The notes under the pieces were generated by a model. The model did not search any database. It was not told where the DNA came from and worked only from the letters and a program-made list of their open reading frames with translations. A program made the translations under genes and the position numbers. A DNA stretch of 64,000 bases from Azolla caroliniana (lineage: Eukaryota > Plantae > Polypodiophyta), in assembly GCA_043228905.1 (NCBI GenBank), contig JBHGNT010000005.1, positions 18,786,001-18,850,000 of the forward strand, given 5' to 3'. The number at the start of each line of letters is the position of its first letter. The first letter of the stretch is position 1. This document shows, in pieces, positions 63,641-64,000 of the stretch.

Positions 63641-64000
63641 CGACGTGTCTATTATGACACAAATCATTAATAGGGTTGGGGAGGGAATCACGGCCCCTGG
63701 ACGGTGCAGGTCGCTCGAAGCATGACGCGTGCAATCTACACCGTCCGATTTGGATAATAAAAAAACGCGCGACGAAAAATGTTGTAAGAGGTCACCCAAC
63801 CCTATCAGAGGTTGCCCAAAATTACCTATTGTGGTCACCCAACCTACATATTTTGGTTTCCCAACCTACCTATTGTGGTTGCCCAACCTCTATAATATAT
63901 GTGGTTGCCCAACTTGTCATTTCAGTTTGGTCACCCAACCGACTTTAAATGTGGTTGCCCAACCTATCATTTAAGTTTGCTCACCCAACCGAGTTTCAAT
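63641..64000 (+). mobile_element. Terminus of a third, related MULE subfamily, apparently tail-to-tail with copy 2; runs off the window
   Basis: Starts CGACGTGTCTA (inverse of the copy 2 right end); TIR core GAGGGAATCAC...GGACGGTGCAGGTCGC...; different subterminal motif GGT(TG/CA)CCCAACC repeated about 8 times. Confidence 0.75.

Overview
Land-plant nuclear DNA, plausibly a fern; that assignment is inference from the intron-rich genes, Copia elements with tRNA-iMet PBS and RTE-X-type LINEs. Three host genes are present: an 18-coding-exon aminoalcoholphosphotransferase (AAPT, +, 5729-10526), an intronless GT47/exostosin glycosyltransferase resembling XUT1 (-, 26196-28031) and a multi-exon metal tolerance protein C4/MTP7 (-, 30127-39349). 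The rest is layered transposon sequence: four Copia elements (three with exact or near-exact TSDs), two solo LTRs of one family and several LINEs. From 39973 to the end of the window lies a tandem array of large two-gene Mutator-like DNA transposons. Their transposase has an unusual HHCC/H2C2-like + WRKY/FAR1-like + MULE DDE + SWIM architecture, and they carry a spliced C2H2-finger/Ulp1 SUMO-protease gene. Every end of these elements abuts (TATG)n or related alternating purine-pyrimidine sequence, which makes this the best candidate for an undescribed, microsatellite-targeted system. All calls are by eye; no database searches were run.
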